This document shows positions 62,955 to 64,000 of a stretch of 64,000 bases of DNA, piece by piece. Source of the DNA: Octopus vulgaris (taxonomy: Eukaryota). The stretch is from the NCBI GenBank assembly GCA_951406725.2, contig OX597816.1:8494001-8558000 (forward strand). Reading direction: 5' to 3'. Positions within the stretch are counted from its first letter, which is position 1. Every line of letters starts with the position of its first letter. A program made the position numbers and the translations under genes. The notes under the pieces were generated by a model. It was not told the origin of the DNA. It did no database searches and worked only from the letters and a program-made list of their open reading frames with translations.

Positions 62955-63438
62955 CTACCATCTCTTTTGCCATATTCTAAACGCCTTACTTCCCTGGGCT
63001 TGGATACATTGAAACCCCGACGTCTGGCAGCTGACTTGGCAGACACCCATAAAATTATTACCCATCTTACAAACAATAACTCAGAGCACCTTTTCAAACT
63101 CCACCTATCTAACATCCGTGGACATGTTTACAAAGTCAGAAAACAGCACAGCTCCCATGACTTTCGGAAACATTTTTTCACACTAAGAGTTGCTGAAGCA
63201 TGGAACAAACTGCTGGCATCAGTTGTTAGCTGTTGGATCACTGCATCCTTCAAAACTTCCATGCTTCCTGAGATTTGCCAACACTACACCTGATTTTCTC
63301 CCCTCCATACACACGCAAGCATGTATCTGACTCATACATTGTTCACTTCCCAGACATTTGTACATTACTGCATATGCTTTATATGCACTTTTGACAAGTT
63401 GTGGTGCACCTGAGCACTGTATACAATAATTTCATTAT
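62955..63438 (+). mobile_element. CR1-clade LINE 3' fragment
   Basis: PYSKRLTSLGLDTL..RRLAADL...SNIRGHVYKV...WNKL; ATT tail. Confidence 0.82.
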
Positions 63439-64000
63439 TTTACAATCTTTCGTTGTTAAACTGTTTTTACACGATTTTTTCACAAACGGACAAAACCCTT
63501 TGTAACCTTTCGTCCTGTTTTGTCCCTTTATGTTTTCTAATCATGTGTGTCAGCCCTTGTGGCCAATAAAAAAGAATTAATTATTATTATTATCAATCTA
63601 CCTACCTCACTCTTTCTCTGCCATATCAATGCCTGAATAATGAAGGATTTGATCTGGTCACATTTGATACATCCAGATTTGCAGTAGGTTTTCTTCGAAA
63701 TAGATTTTTTCCCCTATGCCATGTAGTTTAGTTTTATTTGACTCTTAATGTCATCAGAATGTTGTTAGTGCCTTTCTTTTTTTTTACCAGTTTTTATTAT
63801 TTTTTTTTTACTATTCAATAATATTAATAACTTAAGACCTCCAAGTACTTTCTCTAAATTCATTGTAAAATTATGAAATTCTTTTATTCTTTTACTCTTT
63901 TACTGGTTTCAGTCATCTGACTGTGGCCATGCTGGAGCACCGCCTTTAGTCAAGCACATTGACCCCAGGACTTATTCTTTGGAAGCCTAGTACTTATTAT

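Overview
AT-rich, repeat-dense eukaryotic DNA; the repeat landscape looks like an octopus (inference). 1.5-19.2 kb holds the last 13 coding exons of splicing factor SF3B2/SAP145 (+ strand; 5' exons lie upstream of the window). A CpG-richer island at ~33 kb carries a probable first coding exon (MEFLQNLASSLKNARTVELPY) of an unidentified + strand gene whose first intron seems to fill the rest of the window. The rest is mobile DNA: a 5'-truncated RTE LINE with a C4HC3 PHD finger inside its RT, about 30 RTE 3'-end copies with (GAT)n tails, several tRNA-derived SINE families, CR1 3' ends, CRE/RTE/mariner/piggyBac fossils, TTAA piggyBac-type MITEs (some in tandem arrays joined by an identical 16-bp spacer), hAT and Tc1/pogo MITEs, non-autonomous Helitrons, and TA-associated Penelope-like remnants carrying hammerhead-ribozyme motifs (one canonical at 47975-48060). 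Most ORFs in the supplied track are repeat artefacts. Exon coordinates were counted by hand; repeat boundaries are approximate.
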